DNA of 63,629 nucleotides, the filler included, from Octopus bimaculoides (taxonomy: Eukaryota): NCBI RefSeq assembly GCF_001194135.2. It is 7 parts of 7 records of this genome, joined end to end, with 100 filler letters (N's around TTAATTAATTAA, not from the genome) between each part and the next. Parts side by side here need not be neighbours in the genome. Positions count along the whole stretch, not along the records: positions 22,096 to 36,550 come from NC_068986.1; positions 36,651 to 45,875 come from NC_068984.1; 5 more parts are not named here. One strand, given 5' to 3'. The notes below the pieces were generated by a model that had not been told where the DNA came from, ran no database searches, and worked only from the letters and a program-made list of their open reading frames with translations. The position numbers and the translations under genes were made by a program. The number at the start of each line of letters is the position of its first letter. Positions within the stretch are counted from its first letter, which is position 1. This document shows, one piece after another, positions 25,401 to 38,499 of the stretch.

Positions 25401-26803
25401 ACATACACATATACATGCATATTCACAATGTGCACACAGATACATGCACGCACTCACAGACACACATACAAACACACAGACGGAGACACACACACAAACA
25501 CTCAGACATACACACACACACACACATTGGCAAACAGACAACCAATAAATATCTCTCCATTTTTACATCTCACCATGTCTCTAGTTCTGCAGCTCTCCTC
25601 TCTCCCTCGATCACTTTATCTCCTTTCTGTATCTCCGTCTCTCCGTCTCTCCGTCTCTCCTTCTCTCCCTTTTGTTTTCTTTGTTTCTCTCTCTCTCTCT
25701 CTCTCTCTCCCTCCCTATCTCCTTGTCTCCTTTACCTCTCGTCTTCTCTCTATCGCTCGCTATCTCTCTTCCTCTTGTCTTCTCTCTCCCCCCCCTCATA
25801 TCACAAGCTCTCTATCTCCCCTCTTTCCATCTCATTCCCCTATTTCTCGTCTACACTCTCCACATGATTCTCTCCATCTCTTCTTCTCTCTGTCTCTCCA
25901 TGCCACCATTTCTCCTCTCCATCTTTCTATTACTCTGTCTCTCCCTGTCTCCTTCGATGTTCCTGCTTTTACATCTCTCCCTTCGCCTCTCTCTCTCTTC
26001 GCCTCTCTCTCCCTTTCTTTTTCTCTTCCTCTCTTCCTCTTCCTATTTGTCTCTCTAGCTCTCTAAACTCTCCACCTCTTCTTCTCTCTCTTTATCTTTC
26101 CCTCTCTCACTTTCTCTTGCTCTTACACTTACCTCATTTATGTAACCATCTTCTCCATTCTCTCCATTTTCCATCCATTTTCCAAGTCTCTGTCTATCGG
26201 TCCACTTCTCTATCTCCCTGTCTTTCTCTCCATCTCTCCATCTCCCTAACCCTCCCTCACTCTCACTCGTTTTCCGTCTCTCCGTCTCTCCGTCTCTCCA
26301 TCTCTCCGCTCTTTCTGTTTATCTTTCCTTTTTCCACTCTCCTGTTCTCTATCTCTCTATCCTTCTATCTCACCTTCCCTCCCTCTCTCACTATATGCCT
26401 ATCTATATTTCCACCACTCTCTCTCCCTCTCGCTATCTCTCTGCCTTTCTTTATGCCTCTTTCATTCTCTTTCACTCCACCTTAACTCGTACTCTATTTT
26501 CTCCTCCTCCCGTCTCACTCACTCACTCACTCACTCACATTATTCTCTCACCCATCCTCTCACTCACTCACTCACTCACTCACATTATTCTCTCACCCAT
26601 CCTCTCACTCCCTCACACTCTTCCGTTTCTCTCTTTCTTCCATCTTCCCTCTCCTCATTCCTCTCCGTCTCTCTTTTATTTCTCTAAGCTATTTTGATCA
26701 ACCATTGTATACATCACCACCATACACCAACAGATCGCTAACATGTCCTCCTCTATCAATCCACTATCTTTCTCGCTTTCGGTAACTCACTCATTATCTC
26801 TCA

Positions 26804-26856
<53 letters not shown>

Positions 26857-27329
26857 TGTCTTCTCCCTCCATATCTTCTTTCATGCTGTTGTGTTTTTCA
26901 TTTTTTCAACCTATCCACCTCTTCATTTTAATTCGGTATTATATTTTCATGATTCAGTGGAATTATTACAACGAGACACTTATAATAGGTTTCTCTTTGT
27001 CTTTCCTCAACTCCCTTTCTCTCTAAATCCCTATGTCTTTCTCACATCACTTTATATCTATATGCCTATCTATTAAGTCTCTTCATCCCTCCTTGGCTCT
27101 CTTTCCCTTTCTCTGTCTGACTCTTTATCTTTATATCGCTACTTTCACTTTCACTTTCACTTTTCGATTTCTCGCCATTCACTTCTCCTCCCTGGCTGTC
27201 TGTCTCTCTCTCACCCTATCTCTCTCTTCTTATTTCCTTTCTACTCTATGTCTATCATTCTTTACCTCCCACTCACTCTCGCTCTCCAACTCACTTTCTC
27301 AAGCGCTCTCAATTTTTGCATCTCGAACC

Positions 27330-27382
<53 letters not shown>

Positions 27383-27635
27383 CACAACTCTCTACCTAAC
27401 TAAACATAACTAACACTTTATTCGTCGCCCCCATTCCCGCCTCTCCTACTTTCCTCTTACTACTCAACCCTTCCTCTCACTTCAACTTCCTCTTTTCCAA
27501 TGCTATGTCGTATTTTCAAGACGATGCAGAATGCAAATGAAACAGACGACACATGAATAATCCATTGAAGAAACACAATGAGCTCTTTTAATAGTTATAA
27601 TTGCCACCTGGTGTACTGTGTGTGTACTCTGAGTT

Positions 27636-27689
<54 letters not shown>

Positions 27690-28344
27690 NNNNNNNNNNN
27701 NNNNNNNNNNNNNNNNNNNNNNNNNNNNNATGTTTGTGTGTGTGTGTATGTGTGTGTGTGCACGTAAGCATATAAAGAGAGAAAGAATTGTGTATATATA
27801 TATACCTGTGTTCTGCTTCTATGCGTGTGTGTTTGTGCGTGTGCATACGTGTGTGTGCGTGTGACTGCGTTTATGTATGAGTATGTGTGCTCTGTGTACA
27901 CTTTTTAAAGGACATTTAATGATTTTTATATAGTTTACATTAGTAAACACCCAATTCAATATTTTTGTTGTTGTTATATTATAGTTGTCTTTGTTTAGCT
28001 ACAGGTCAGTCATGACCAGATAGACCTGTGATCAAAGGCGTTCCATCTGTGACCATATCCTGTCATTTTTGTATATGAAAGATTATACAATTTTTAATAA
28101 TTCATGTTTATGCATGATTCCGAGGAAGAAATATTTAGACGTGATTCTTAAGGAAATTTCGCTGCTATTTCTAACTGGTAAAAGGATCTTGTAGAAGATT
28201 ATTCACTTTGATCATGTATTACAGAATTTATTGCACGCGCGCGCGCGCGTTTAGGGTTAGATTGGGTATGACAATGAGCTTTTTTTTTTAATTTTTCATC
28301 GTAAATCCGAAAGCATAAAAATATAGGTGTGAGAGGAAAGAACT

Positions 28345-28515
28345 GGAGCAATGCAGCATGGCTGAATAACTAAGGAGTTGACTTCGCAAACACGAGATAG
28401 CGGGTTCAATCCCAATACGAAGCATCTTAGGTAATTGTCATTTTTCCACACTCTCGGATCAAGCCATTGGTTGTTAGTGAAATTGGATAGATAGGAACGT
28501 TATAAAACCCCTTCG
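28345..28515 (+). mobile_element. Degenerate family A SINE 5' half
   Basis: GCAGCATGGCTG..TAAGGAGTTGACTTCGCAAACACG..CGGGTTCAATCCC..CATCTTAGGTAATTGTC; diverged from 8386-8545. Confidence 0.55.
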
Positions 28516-28697
28516 GGAAGGGTTGTATTTGTGGTCCCAAGAATATAGATCAGTCCCGGTCTGTGACATGCTGATTCTTTACGGGTACACATATCTGTGG
28601 GATACTCGACTACTTATAAGTTGATTCAGGAGCAGGTAATTCAGTTAAGTGAACAATTGAATACTCACCATCGAACAACTGAGTTCCACCATATAGA

Positions 28698-28850
<153 letters not shown>

Positions 28851-28871
28851 ATATATATATATATACATATA

Positions 28872-29147
28872 TACGACGAGCTCCTTTCAGTTTCCGTCTA
28901 CCAAATCCACTCACAAGGCTTTGGCCGGCCCGAAGCTATAGTAGAAGACACTTGCCCAAGGTGCCACGCAGTGGGACTGAACCCAGAACCATGTGGTTGG
29001 TAAGCAAGCTACTTACCACACAGCCACATCCAATAATGGATATCGATATTGAAGTTATCACCAAGGTGTCACGCAGTGGGACTTGAACTCGGAAGCAAAC
29101 TTCTTACCACAAGAAACAAACTTAGCACACAGCCACGCCTGCGCCTA
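28872..29147 (-). mobile_element. Family A SINE 5' half (28872-29030) plus a second degenerate 5' fragment (29055-29147)
   Basis: Reverse complement of GGCTGTGTGGTAAGTAGCTTGCTTACCAACCACATGGTTCTGGGTTCAGTCCCACTGCGTGGCACCTTGGGCAAG. Confidence 0.9.
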
Positions 29148-29587
29148 TGATGTATCACTTCCAAAAATAAAACTGGACGGTCACAGCTGGGACGCCTTTA
29201 ATGCTAGGTCAGAGCGATACGATCAGATCTATAACATCATAGAAATCATCAAATCATTCCGATCTTGTTGAGTCCATTCTTGCAACTAGAACTATACTGG
29301 AATTGAGTTCAGAGACACTTTTTCTCTTCTTTTCTCTATAAAATGAAAAAGAATTATTTCATGTTTGTGTTTTCCTAATTCACCAATAATTAAATTAAAT
29401 TATATTACATTAAATTAATCTAATATTATGTTAAGTTAAATTATTTTTGGTTTATTTATTTTTGAAATCTAAATGTACCGAGAGGACCAATCTAGTATTG
29501 AACAAAGAATAAATGTTTTTGGCGGTGTTGGTGGTGATGGTGATGCTGTTGCCAGCGCTGATGGTGGCATCAAAAGGTTCCAGGACT

Positions 29588-29940
29588 AGTGATGTGTAAT
29601 AAAAAAAATAACTTATTGGCCGATCTCATCGAAATCGTCACCTATTGTATTATCTCTTCGAAATAGTCACCTTGCACAGCAATTCACCGGTCCTAGCGTT
29701 CCTGCCACATTTAGAATCCGGCCTGGAAGTCATTTTCGTAAGCAAGTTAAGGATCTTCTGGAGTTCGCTCTGGATTTCGTCAACGGTGTTAAACGATGGC
29801 CTTTGAGCTGCATTTTCATCTTGGGTAGGAGATAGAAGTCTGAAGATGCTAAATCTGGAGAATAGGGCAGGTGCAGAAGTGATACCATGTTTTTGGCGAG
29901 AAACTCACGTGTGGGGAGGGCACGGTGACAGAGTATATGT
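29588..29940 (-). mobile_element. Mariner transposase C-terminal remnant
   Basis: REFLAKNMVSLLHLPYSPDLASSDFYLLPKMKMQLKGHR, then shifted-frame ENDFQAGF*MWQER*DR*IAVQGDYFE. Confidence 0.92.
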
Positions 29941-29992
29941 ACTAACCCAGACATTTCAAAACATCACAGTAGAATTCTCATACACACACAAG

Positions 29993-30041
<49 letters not shown>

Positions 30042-30109
30042 TCACATATATACGCGAACAGTCCCACTTATGCACACACATCTTCCCTATAACACACACA
30101 CACACGCAC

Positions 30110-30177
30110 AAATACACACATTCTCTCACACAGACATTCTCAGATGCACACACACACAAACTACACACACATATTCT

Positions 30178-30226
<49 letters not shown>

Positions 30227-30445
30227 CGCACATTCTCAGATACACACACATTCTCAGATATACACACATCCTCAGGTACACACACACTACACACACATTC
30301 TCAGATACACACACTACACACTTATTCTCAGATATACACACACACTACACATACTCATTCTCACAGACACACACACTACGGACACAGACACACTACACAC
30401 ACTACACTCGCACACACACACACATCCATTCTCACATATTCACAA
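30110..30445. repeat. CA-rich degenerate minisatellite with recurring ATTCTCA(GATA) motif
   Basis: Motif repeated about 8 times among CA runs. Confidence 0.75.
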
Positions 30446-30872
30446 GAAACAAATCAAACGCAAACTAATATTCTCGGTTTAAATAATGACATTGTTATAA
30501 GAAGAGAATATTTCCTTAATGAGAGCAATACGTTTAGGAGTAATGAGCTTTAACTATGCACTTGGAAATATTGCCTAGAATTACCTTCAGATTACGTGTG
30601 AGATTAATTCTGATACCAGATAAGATCAGAGAAGCTTAAACGGCTCCACCTGTAATACGGTTGCTATATTAGTGGTAGGACAAGGTTTTGGAACCGTGGA
30701 TTTTGTGTTGGAGCTAAGAGATAATAGAATTAAATTACGAAGTAAAATCGTGAATATAATGCATCAGAAATGAAAACGAGATGGTCATAATGCGGCTGGA
30801 TTGCCGATCAAACTGAATAGGTTTGCTCAGTGGGAACTGGTATTTATAGGGATAGATAGATAGATAGAGAAT

Positions 30873-30936
<64 letters not shown>

Positions 30937-31675
30937 GAGTATGCGTTACTTAAGGGGAGAAAACCTCTTCTTTCGTCATGAAAGAGTGAAAAGAGTGGAG
31001 AGGACATACTTTATCTCCATATAATTCCTTTATTAAACTTTCCAGTAGCAGTGGATAGTAACATTTCGCCCTTGTTCTGGGTTCGTTTGCACGACATAAC
31101 TCGTGATTATAAAAATTAGTTAGTGTGAAGTCAATTGAAATTAAAATTAAAAAACATGGTTTTTTAAAAATATTTTTNNNNNNNNNNNNNNNNNNNNNNN
31201 NNNNNNNNNNNNNNNNNNNNNNNNNNNNNNNNNNNNNNNNNNNNNNNNNNNNNNNNNNNNNNNNNNNNNNNNNNNNNNNNNNNNNNNNNNNNNNNNNNNN
31301 NNNNNNNNNNNNNNNNNNNNNNNNNNNNNNNNNNNNNNNNNNNNNNNNNNNNNNNNNNNNNNNNNNNNNNNNNNNNNNNNNNNNNNNNNNNNNNNNNNNN
31401 NNNNNNNNNNNNNNNNNNNNNNNNNNNNNNNNNNNNNNNNNNNNNNNNNNNNNNNNNNNNNNNNNNNNNNNNNNNNNNNNNNNNNNNNNNNNNNNNNNNN
31501 NNNNNNNNNNNNNNNNNNNNNNNNNNNNNNNNNNNNNNNNNNNNNNNNNNNNNNNNNNNNNNNNNNNNNNNNNNNNNNNNNNNNNNNNNNNNNNNNNNNN
31601 NNNNNNNNNNNNNNNNNNNNNNNNNNNNNNNNNNNNNNNNNNNNCACACACACACACACAGCACACACACATACG

Positions 31676-31714
<39 letters not shown>

Positions 31715-31899
31715 TCATTTGCATTTGGGTGAGTGTGGCAGGAGAATATACATCAGGCTTAATGCATGAGGTGGTTTATGAGATGGCGTGTAGACAAAGA
31801 CATTATCTCAGTCCACCGCTGGGCCTTGACTCAGTGGTATATTTAGGACGTGAAAGCTGGGAGGAGACTGAACCGCACCAGCACCCAGTTGGTATTTAT

Positions 31900-32030
31900 T
31901 TACGGTTAAGAATTTACTGTAGGAACGTGAAATGAAATGCCTTGTTCAAGAACGCGATATACCAACCGGTCCACGAATTGAACTACGACCGTGCACCAAA
32001 TACCATAGCAACTACGCCGCACATCTTCAC
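31900..32030 (-). mobile_element. Degenerate family C SINE fragment
   Basis: GAACGTGAAATGAAATGCCTTGTTCAAGAACGCGAT..GAATTGAACTACGACC resembles 54470-54540. Confidence 0.5.
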
Positions 32031-34529
32031 TATAAATAACATGAAAGCTATCAATTAATATATGATAAGGTTATGAGACGTTGTGGCACAGCCGTCTTGT
32101 CCTCGCCTCTTTGGCGTGGCTGATTTGACGCTGACTTATTTAACATCAGACGTTTTAATGCTTCTCGCGTTCGCTCCTTCCCGCCCTCTCTTCCCCTCTT
32201 TCGCTCTCGGTTTCTTTCTCAGCATATTTCACTGCGTATGCATATGTCAATCGTGTTCAATTAATAAATTGTATTGTCTCTCTCTTTGTCTTTCTCTCTT
32301 TGTCTTTCTCGCTTTGTCTTTCTCTCTTTCACACTTTCTATCCCTATATGTTCATTTCTGTGCATGGAAGTACCCAGTTACCAGGAGATTTCAGTCAAAC
32401 TGCCTGTTATAACGGAAGTAATAAGGATAGAAGAGGTTTATGAAAGAACTAAAGGTTTCATGTTAATCGGCATTAAGATAAATGAAAAAAAAAAAAAAGG
32501 GCCAGAATCTGACTGTTAAAATTAGGTCTGAGAATTCTCATTCTTCATGATTTGGCTGCTGTGAATTTTCCAAAGTTGCTGATCTCAATTGGAAATAGTG
32601 GAAATAATGGAAAGAGTTGAAGATGCTTCAAGAGGAATTTATAACTAATCCAAATAGGCGAAGTGTTCTGGTTAACAACAAGATTTTAACAGAAACATAA
32701 AACAAAAGGAAAGGGATGGCGGGGGTAGGGGGAGAAACGAAAGTGTAAATCAAAACATTGCAAAACTGTGACGTGTACTACACACACACACACACACACG
32801 CATGCACGCACAGACACACAGATACACACACACACGCACATATATATATTATATATATTATATATATATATATAGAGAGAGATAGACAGAGAGAGATAGA
32901 GACACAGAGAGTAGGAGAGTGAGTGAGAGAGAGAGAGAAGTGTGAATCTACATGTATATGTATACATTTATATATACATGTATACATACATTTCTATACA
33001 TTTATATATACATGTATGCATATATTTGTGCGTGTGTGTATGCATGTGTGTCTATGTGCTTCCGTATGTGTGTAGATTTGCTTCTATAATTGAATTTCTC
33101 AAGGCTATCAGTTTTCAAAATACTGCAAGAAAACTCTGACCAAAAGAATTTATATTTTCGCATATTGACAAAGAACATAGAACAGAAGCAGCAGTTAATT
33201 TAAAACTTTTAGAACTTTTCTGGTTGTGTAACATACCATGTAGTAACACTCGAGATAAATACTCTTGATATCTTGCTTCTTAGTCACAAATTACACGTTG
33301 GGACCCAGTTTAAATAACAAAGACTTGAGAAGTTACCCATTAAAACGCAGACATTCAAAGAACATAGTTTCATTCCAACACTTTCATTAATTTCAGTATA
33401 TTAATTTCAGGTGCGAAGAGTCTACATCTACCAAATGAGGGGCTGCAACGATAACAAACGAAAAGGACCTTAAGTATTTACACGAATCCCTAAAACTAGT
33501 AGCCAGTTATCTCTCCTACAACATCTGATCTTGAAGGAAAAAGGATAAACGGGGATTTGAGCGATACACATACAAATACATACATGCATACATATACGTA
33601 CATGCATGCGTGCATGCATGCATGCATGTATGTATGTATGTATGTATGTATATATGTATGTATGTATGTAATTGTTCAGAGAAAGATCCGGTTTCTAATC
33701 TGGATCCAAGGCTGCTTCATTGGAATTTATACATCAACAACAGGGTATGTATGTATGTATGTATGTATGTATGTATGTATGTATGTATGTATGTATGTAT
33801 GTATGTATGTATATATGTGTGTGTATATATGTATGTATATATGTGCAGATTTGTATGTTTTGTTTTATGCATGTACTCTCATTTATATTGTTGCATATNN
33901 NNNNNNNNNNNNNNNNNNNNNNNNNNNNNNNNNNNNNNNNNNNNNNNNNNNNNNNNNNNNNNNNNNNNNNNNNNNNNNNNNNNNNNNNNNNNNNNNNNNN
34001 NNNNNNNNNNNNNNNNNNNNNNNNNNNNNNNNNNNNNNNNNNNNNNNNNNNNNNNNNNNNNNNNNNNNNNNNNNNNNNNNNNNNNNNNNNNNNNNNNNNN
34101 NNNNNNNNNNNNNNNNNNNNNNNNNNNNNNNNNNNNNNNNNNNNNNNNNNNNNNNNNNNNNNNNNNNNNNNNNNNNNNNNNNNNNNNNNNNNNNNNNNNN
34201 NNNNNNNNNNNNNNNNNNNNNNNNNNNNNNNNNNNNNNNNNNNNNNNNNNNNNNNNNNNNNNNNNNNNNNNNNNNNNNNNNNNNNNNNNNNNNNNNNNNN
34301 NNNNNNNNNNNNNNNNNNNNNNNNNNNNNNNNNNNNNNNNNNNNNNNNNNNNNNNNNNNNNNNNNNNNNNNNNNNNNNNNNNNNNNNNNNNNNNNNNNNN
34401 NNNNNNNNNNNNNNNNNNNNNNNNNNNNNNNNNNNNNNNNNNNNNNNNNNNNNNNNNNNNNNNNNNNNNNNNNNNNNNNNNNNNNNNNNNNNNATATATA
34501 TGTGTGTGTATCTATATATATATATATAT

Positions 34530-34685
34530 ACGATGGGCTTCTTTCAGTTTCCGTCTACCAAATCCATTCACAAGGCTTGGTCGGCCCCAGGCTATAGCAA
34601 AAGACACTTCCCCAAAGTGCCACGCAGTTGGGCTGAATCCAGAACCATGTGGTTGGGAAACAAGCTTCTTATCACACAGCCACGA
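34530..34685 (-). mobile_element. Family A SINE 5' half
   Basis: GATGGGCTTCTTTCAGTTTCCGTCTACCAAATCC...ACACAGCCACG is the reverse complement of the SINE head. Confidence 0.9.
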
Positions 34686-34854
34686 CCTGTTAAGTTAATA
34701 ATTATTAACTTAATCTAATGCAATGTAATGTAATGCTCAACAGTCTCTAGAATTCCCGATCATGTCGTACTGATGACGTCTAGCTATATACAAATGCTAA
34801 CGATTCTATGATTAAAAGAAAAAACTAAGACATAAATTTTAATCATATATACAG

Positions 34855-35636
34855 AGGCGCAGGAGTGGCTGTGTGGTAAATAGCGTGCTTACCAACCACA
34901 CAGTCCTGGGTTCGGCCCCACTGCGTGGAACCTTGGGCAAGTGTTTTTTTGCTATAGCTTCCAACCGACCAAAGCCTTTTGAGTGAATTTGGTAGACGTA
35001 AACTGAAAGAAGCCTGTCGCATATATATATATATATATATAATATTAGAGACAAAATCCAAAATTACAGGTAAAAACTCAATTAAAATCAATTCATAAAA
35101 AATTAAAATTAAATTGAGCTTTATAGATAAAATATATATAAAATATATAGTTTTAGGGAAAATNNNNNNNNNNNNNNNNNNNNNNNNNNNNNNNNNNNNN
35201 NNNNNNNNNNNNNNNNNNNNNNNNNNNNNNNNNNNNNNNNNNNNNNNNNNNNNNNNNNNNNNNNNNNNNNNNNNNNNNNNNNNNNNNNNNNNNNNNNNNN
35301 NNNNNNNNNNNNNNNNNNNNNNNNNNNNNNNNNNNNNNNNNNNNNNNNNNNNNNNNNNNNNNNNNNNNNNNNNNNNNNNNNNNNNNNNNNNNNNNNNNNN
35401 NNNNNNNNNNNNNNNNNNNNNNNNNNNNNNNNNNNNNNNNNNNNNNNNNNNNNNNNNNNNNNNNNNNNNNNNNNNNNNNNNNNNNNNNNNNNNNNNNNNN
35501 NNNNNNNNNNNNNNNNNNNNNNNNNNNNNNNNNNNNNNNNNNNNNNNNNNNNNNNNNNNNNNNNNNNNNNNNNNNNNNNNNNNNNNNNNNNNNNNNNNNN
35601 NNNNNNNNNNNNNNNNNNNNNNNNNNNNNNNNNNNN

Positions 35637-35678
<42 letters not shown>

Positions 35679-35880
35679 TGTGTATGATTGTGTGTTTGTG
35701 TTTGTCCTCCCAACATCGCATGACAATCGATGCTGGTGCGTTTACATCCCCGTAACTTAGCGGTTCGGCAAAAGGCTCCGACAAAGTAGGTACTAAGGTC
35801 CTGGGGTCGATTCTCTCGACTAAAGGCAGTTCTCCAGCATGGCAGCAGTGAAATGACTGAAACAAATAAAAGAATAAAAA
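34855..35880 (+). mobile_element. Family A SINE split at its central (TA)n by an A-rich insertion and a gap
   Basis: 5' half 34855-35019, foreign sequence 35045-35163, gap, 3' half 35690-35880. Confidence 0.8.
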
Positions 35881-36330
35881 AGGATAAAAGAATATGTATG
35901 AAAATAAAATATTTTATTCCTTTCACTTCACTTACGAAAAAATAGGAAAAAAATATGGATTCCTCGGGAGCCAATTCCCTCCCTTGCCATAGAGATAAAC
36001 AACCAATCAACAAAGAGATTTCTTTCAGAGCTACAACTTTTTACTTCGTATGTATTCAACCAGAAATATTCTATAGCTGCAAAACAAGCTTTTATTTCTT
36101 GGCAGTTCAACAATATATTAAACCAAATTTTCCCAGTAACCAGCGCTCTGGTTTTAGAAACTTTCTTAAAGTTCAGTCAAGAGAAATTCAACGTTTGATG
36201 GAAGTTTTTGAAAAGCGTGCTGCATGCACAACACTGAAGAATTATATGTACACTTCATTAGCATACAGTTTGGCAGTACTGCATTGAAAATTATTTTTTT
36301 TTACTTTCTATCAGATTAGCGATATATATA

Positions 36331-36518
36331 GGGGGTGGGGATTCACAAAAGAAGAAAAGACGAAGACAGGTGGTCTAGACAACAAACAGATGTATTAGTT
36401 TAACGCTCGGGAAGTGAAAACGTCTTTAACGTTTCGAGCCTACGCTCTTCCACAGAAAGGAACACAGAAAGAAATAAGGAGAGAAAATAAAGAATGTGTA
36501 GTGGCTAGCGATCTATCA
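36331..36518 (-). mobile_element. Penelope-type terminal-repeat remnant with a minimal hammerhead motif
   Basis: Homologous to 12000-12120; minus strand CUUU-CUGUGGA-A-GAGC-GUAG-GCUC-GAAA-CG-UU-AAAG (36459-36424). Confidence 0.65.
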
Positions 36519-37551
36519 TAGCGATATATATATCGCTAATCTGATAGAAANNNNNNNNNNNNNNNNNNNNNNNNNNNNNNNNNNNNNNNNNNNNTTAATT
36601 AATTAANNNNNNNNNNNNNNNNNNNNNNNNNNNNNNNNNNNNNNNNNNNNATAGATAGATAGATAGAGAGACAGACAGACAGACAGACAGAGAGAGAGAG
36701 AGAGAGTGACAGAAAGAGAGAGAGACAGAGAGAGAGACAGAGAGAGAGACAGAGAGAGAGACAGACAGAGAGACAGACAGAGAGACAGACAGACAGAGAG
36801 ACAGAGACAGAGACAGAGACAGAGAGAAACAGAGAGAGAGAGAGAAACAGAGAGAGAGAGACAAAGAGAGAGACAAAGAGAGAGACAGAGAGATAGAAAC
36901 GCACACACATACACAGATACATACATATATAGATACATACATGCATACATGCATTACATACATATCTTATATGTGTGTTGTCTATATATGTGTGCGTTAG
37001 AAAATAATGTAATATGTGTACGTTTGTATGTGTGTGTGTGTTCCATATGAACATGTGACAATGTGCATGTGTTCATCCAGGAACATGAAATGGAGAATTC
37101 TCGAAAAGTGTCTACAGTCATGACCAAAAGATTGGAACATAGGTCTGAAAATTAGAAATTTTATATTAAATGCCAAAAAGTGATAATATTTGGTCAGAGT
37201 GTATACTGGATATAACAGTCTTAATTTAAATTTTAAAAAAGGTTCTGAATTTTTGCCACGACTGTAAGTATGTTTGTGTGAATGAATGCATGGTTATATA
37301 TATATATATATATATACATATGTTCATATAATGATATCTACACAATGTACTGGTGAGATAAAACACGTAATCGTTACCAAAATAGCAAAAAATCGTCCAC
37401 AAAGGTCTATAGTAAACTCCCTATGGATCGATCTTCTTGGTTATATATCAAAAATTTCCGTATAATGTCAAATGTTGACATAGGTAATAAACTTTAATAT
37501 AAATGGATATTAACGTCAAGACTCTTATTTAAATTTATATGTGCCTGTACC

Positions 37552-37745
37552 TCTTTTACTTGTTTCAATCATTTGACAGCAGCAAGCTAGGGCACCACTT
37601 TGAATGGTTTAGTCGAATAAAAAATAAAAAAATCCAGTGCTTATATTTACGCCGGGCACTTATTCTACAGGTCTTTTGTCGAACAGCAGGGACGTAGACA
37701 AACCAACACCGGCTCTGAGGCCGGGCCTATTGTAGAAGGCAGACA
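37552..37745 (-). mobile_element. Degenerate family A SINE 3' half
   Basis: TTTTACTTGTTTCAATCATTTGAC..GCACCACTTTGAATGGTTTAGTCGA. Confidence 0.65.
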
Positions 37746-38428
37746 CACACACACACACGTACGCTCATACACATTAGTTACTGTTTGTTAGAATAAATAG
37801 ATATATTTAAAACAGTACCATGTAATTTCAAACTGACAAGCGCTAATATAACGAGAGATGTGTATACGAATCGATGTGAACCGATACCAAGGAATTACTT
37901 TCGCTTTCATTAAAAACTATTTCTCTTTTGATATAGTCTTCTTGACACCTTTACAATGTTCTGCTGGTGGTGGTAAGAGACATTGAGCTATAAAGAGCGG
38001 GGTTTTGCTTAGTTAAACACCAAAACACGATATTGCTGATAAATTAGTATTTGGACATGATGTCCGGCTAAATGTTTATTGTTTGAATTTTACACACTGA
38101 TGTAGATTAATTACGGTGATTGAGGAACATGTTGTGCAAAGAATTATTCAGTGTATTTAATCACACACGCACACACTCATAAACACACACAAAACACTCA
38201 AAAACGCATACACATATAAATATTACATATAGGTGTAGATATGTATATATACATATATATTTATTACACAGACATAAGCACACAGATATATATATATATA
38301 TATANNNNNNNNNNNNNNNNNNNNNNNNNNNNNNNNNNNNNNNNNNNNNNNNNNNNNNNNNNNNNNNNNNNNNNNNNNNNNNNNNNNNNNNNNNNNNNNN
38401 NNCAGTCAAATGACTGAAACAAGTAAAG

Positions 38429-38499
<71 letters not shown>

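Larger units (their letters stand above)
23500..27480. repeat. Large low-complexity block: CA-rich, (CT/CTTT)n, (AAC)n/(AGC)n and CT-rich cryptic simple sequence
   Basis: Directly visible simple-sequence composition; ORFs here are homopolymeric. Confidence 0.9.

Noticed and set aside
28234-28260. (CG)n run followed by TTAGGGTTAG
   Set aside because: Too short to call Z-DNA function or an interstitial telomere
30985-31095. Minus-strand candidate exon LCRANEPRTRAKCYYPLLLESLIKELYGDK
   Set aside because: It needs a rare GAG acceptor; the alternative Ig-like frame ends in a stop
34770-34800. Other CTGATGA occurrences (about 34770, 47716; minus about 12630, 41530, 43160, 46130)
   Set aside because: None is followed by a closing stem II plus GAAA and a compatible stem I/III, so they are not hammerheads
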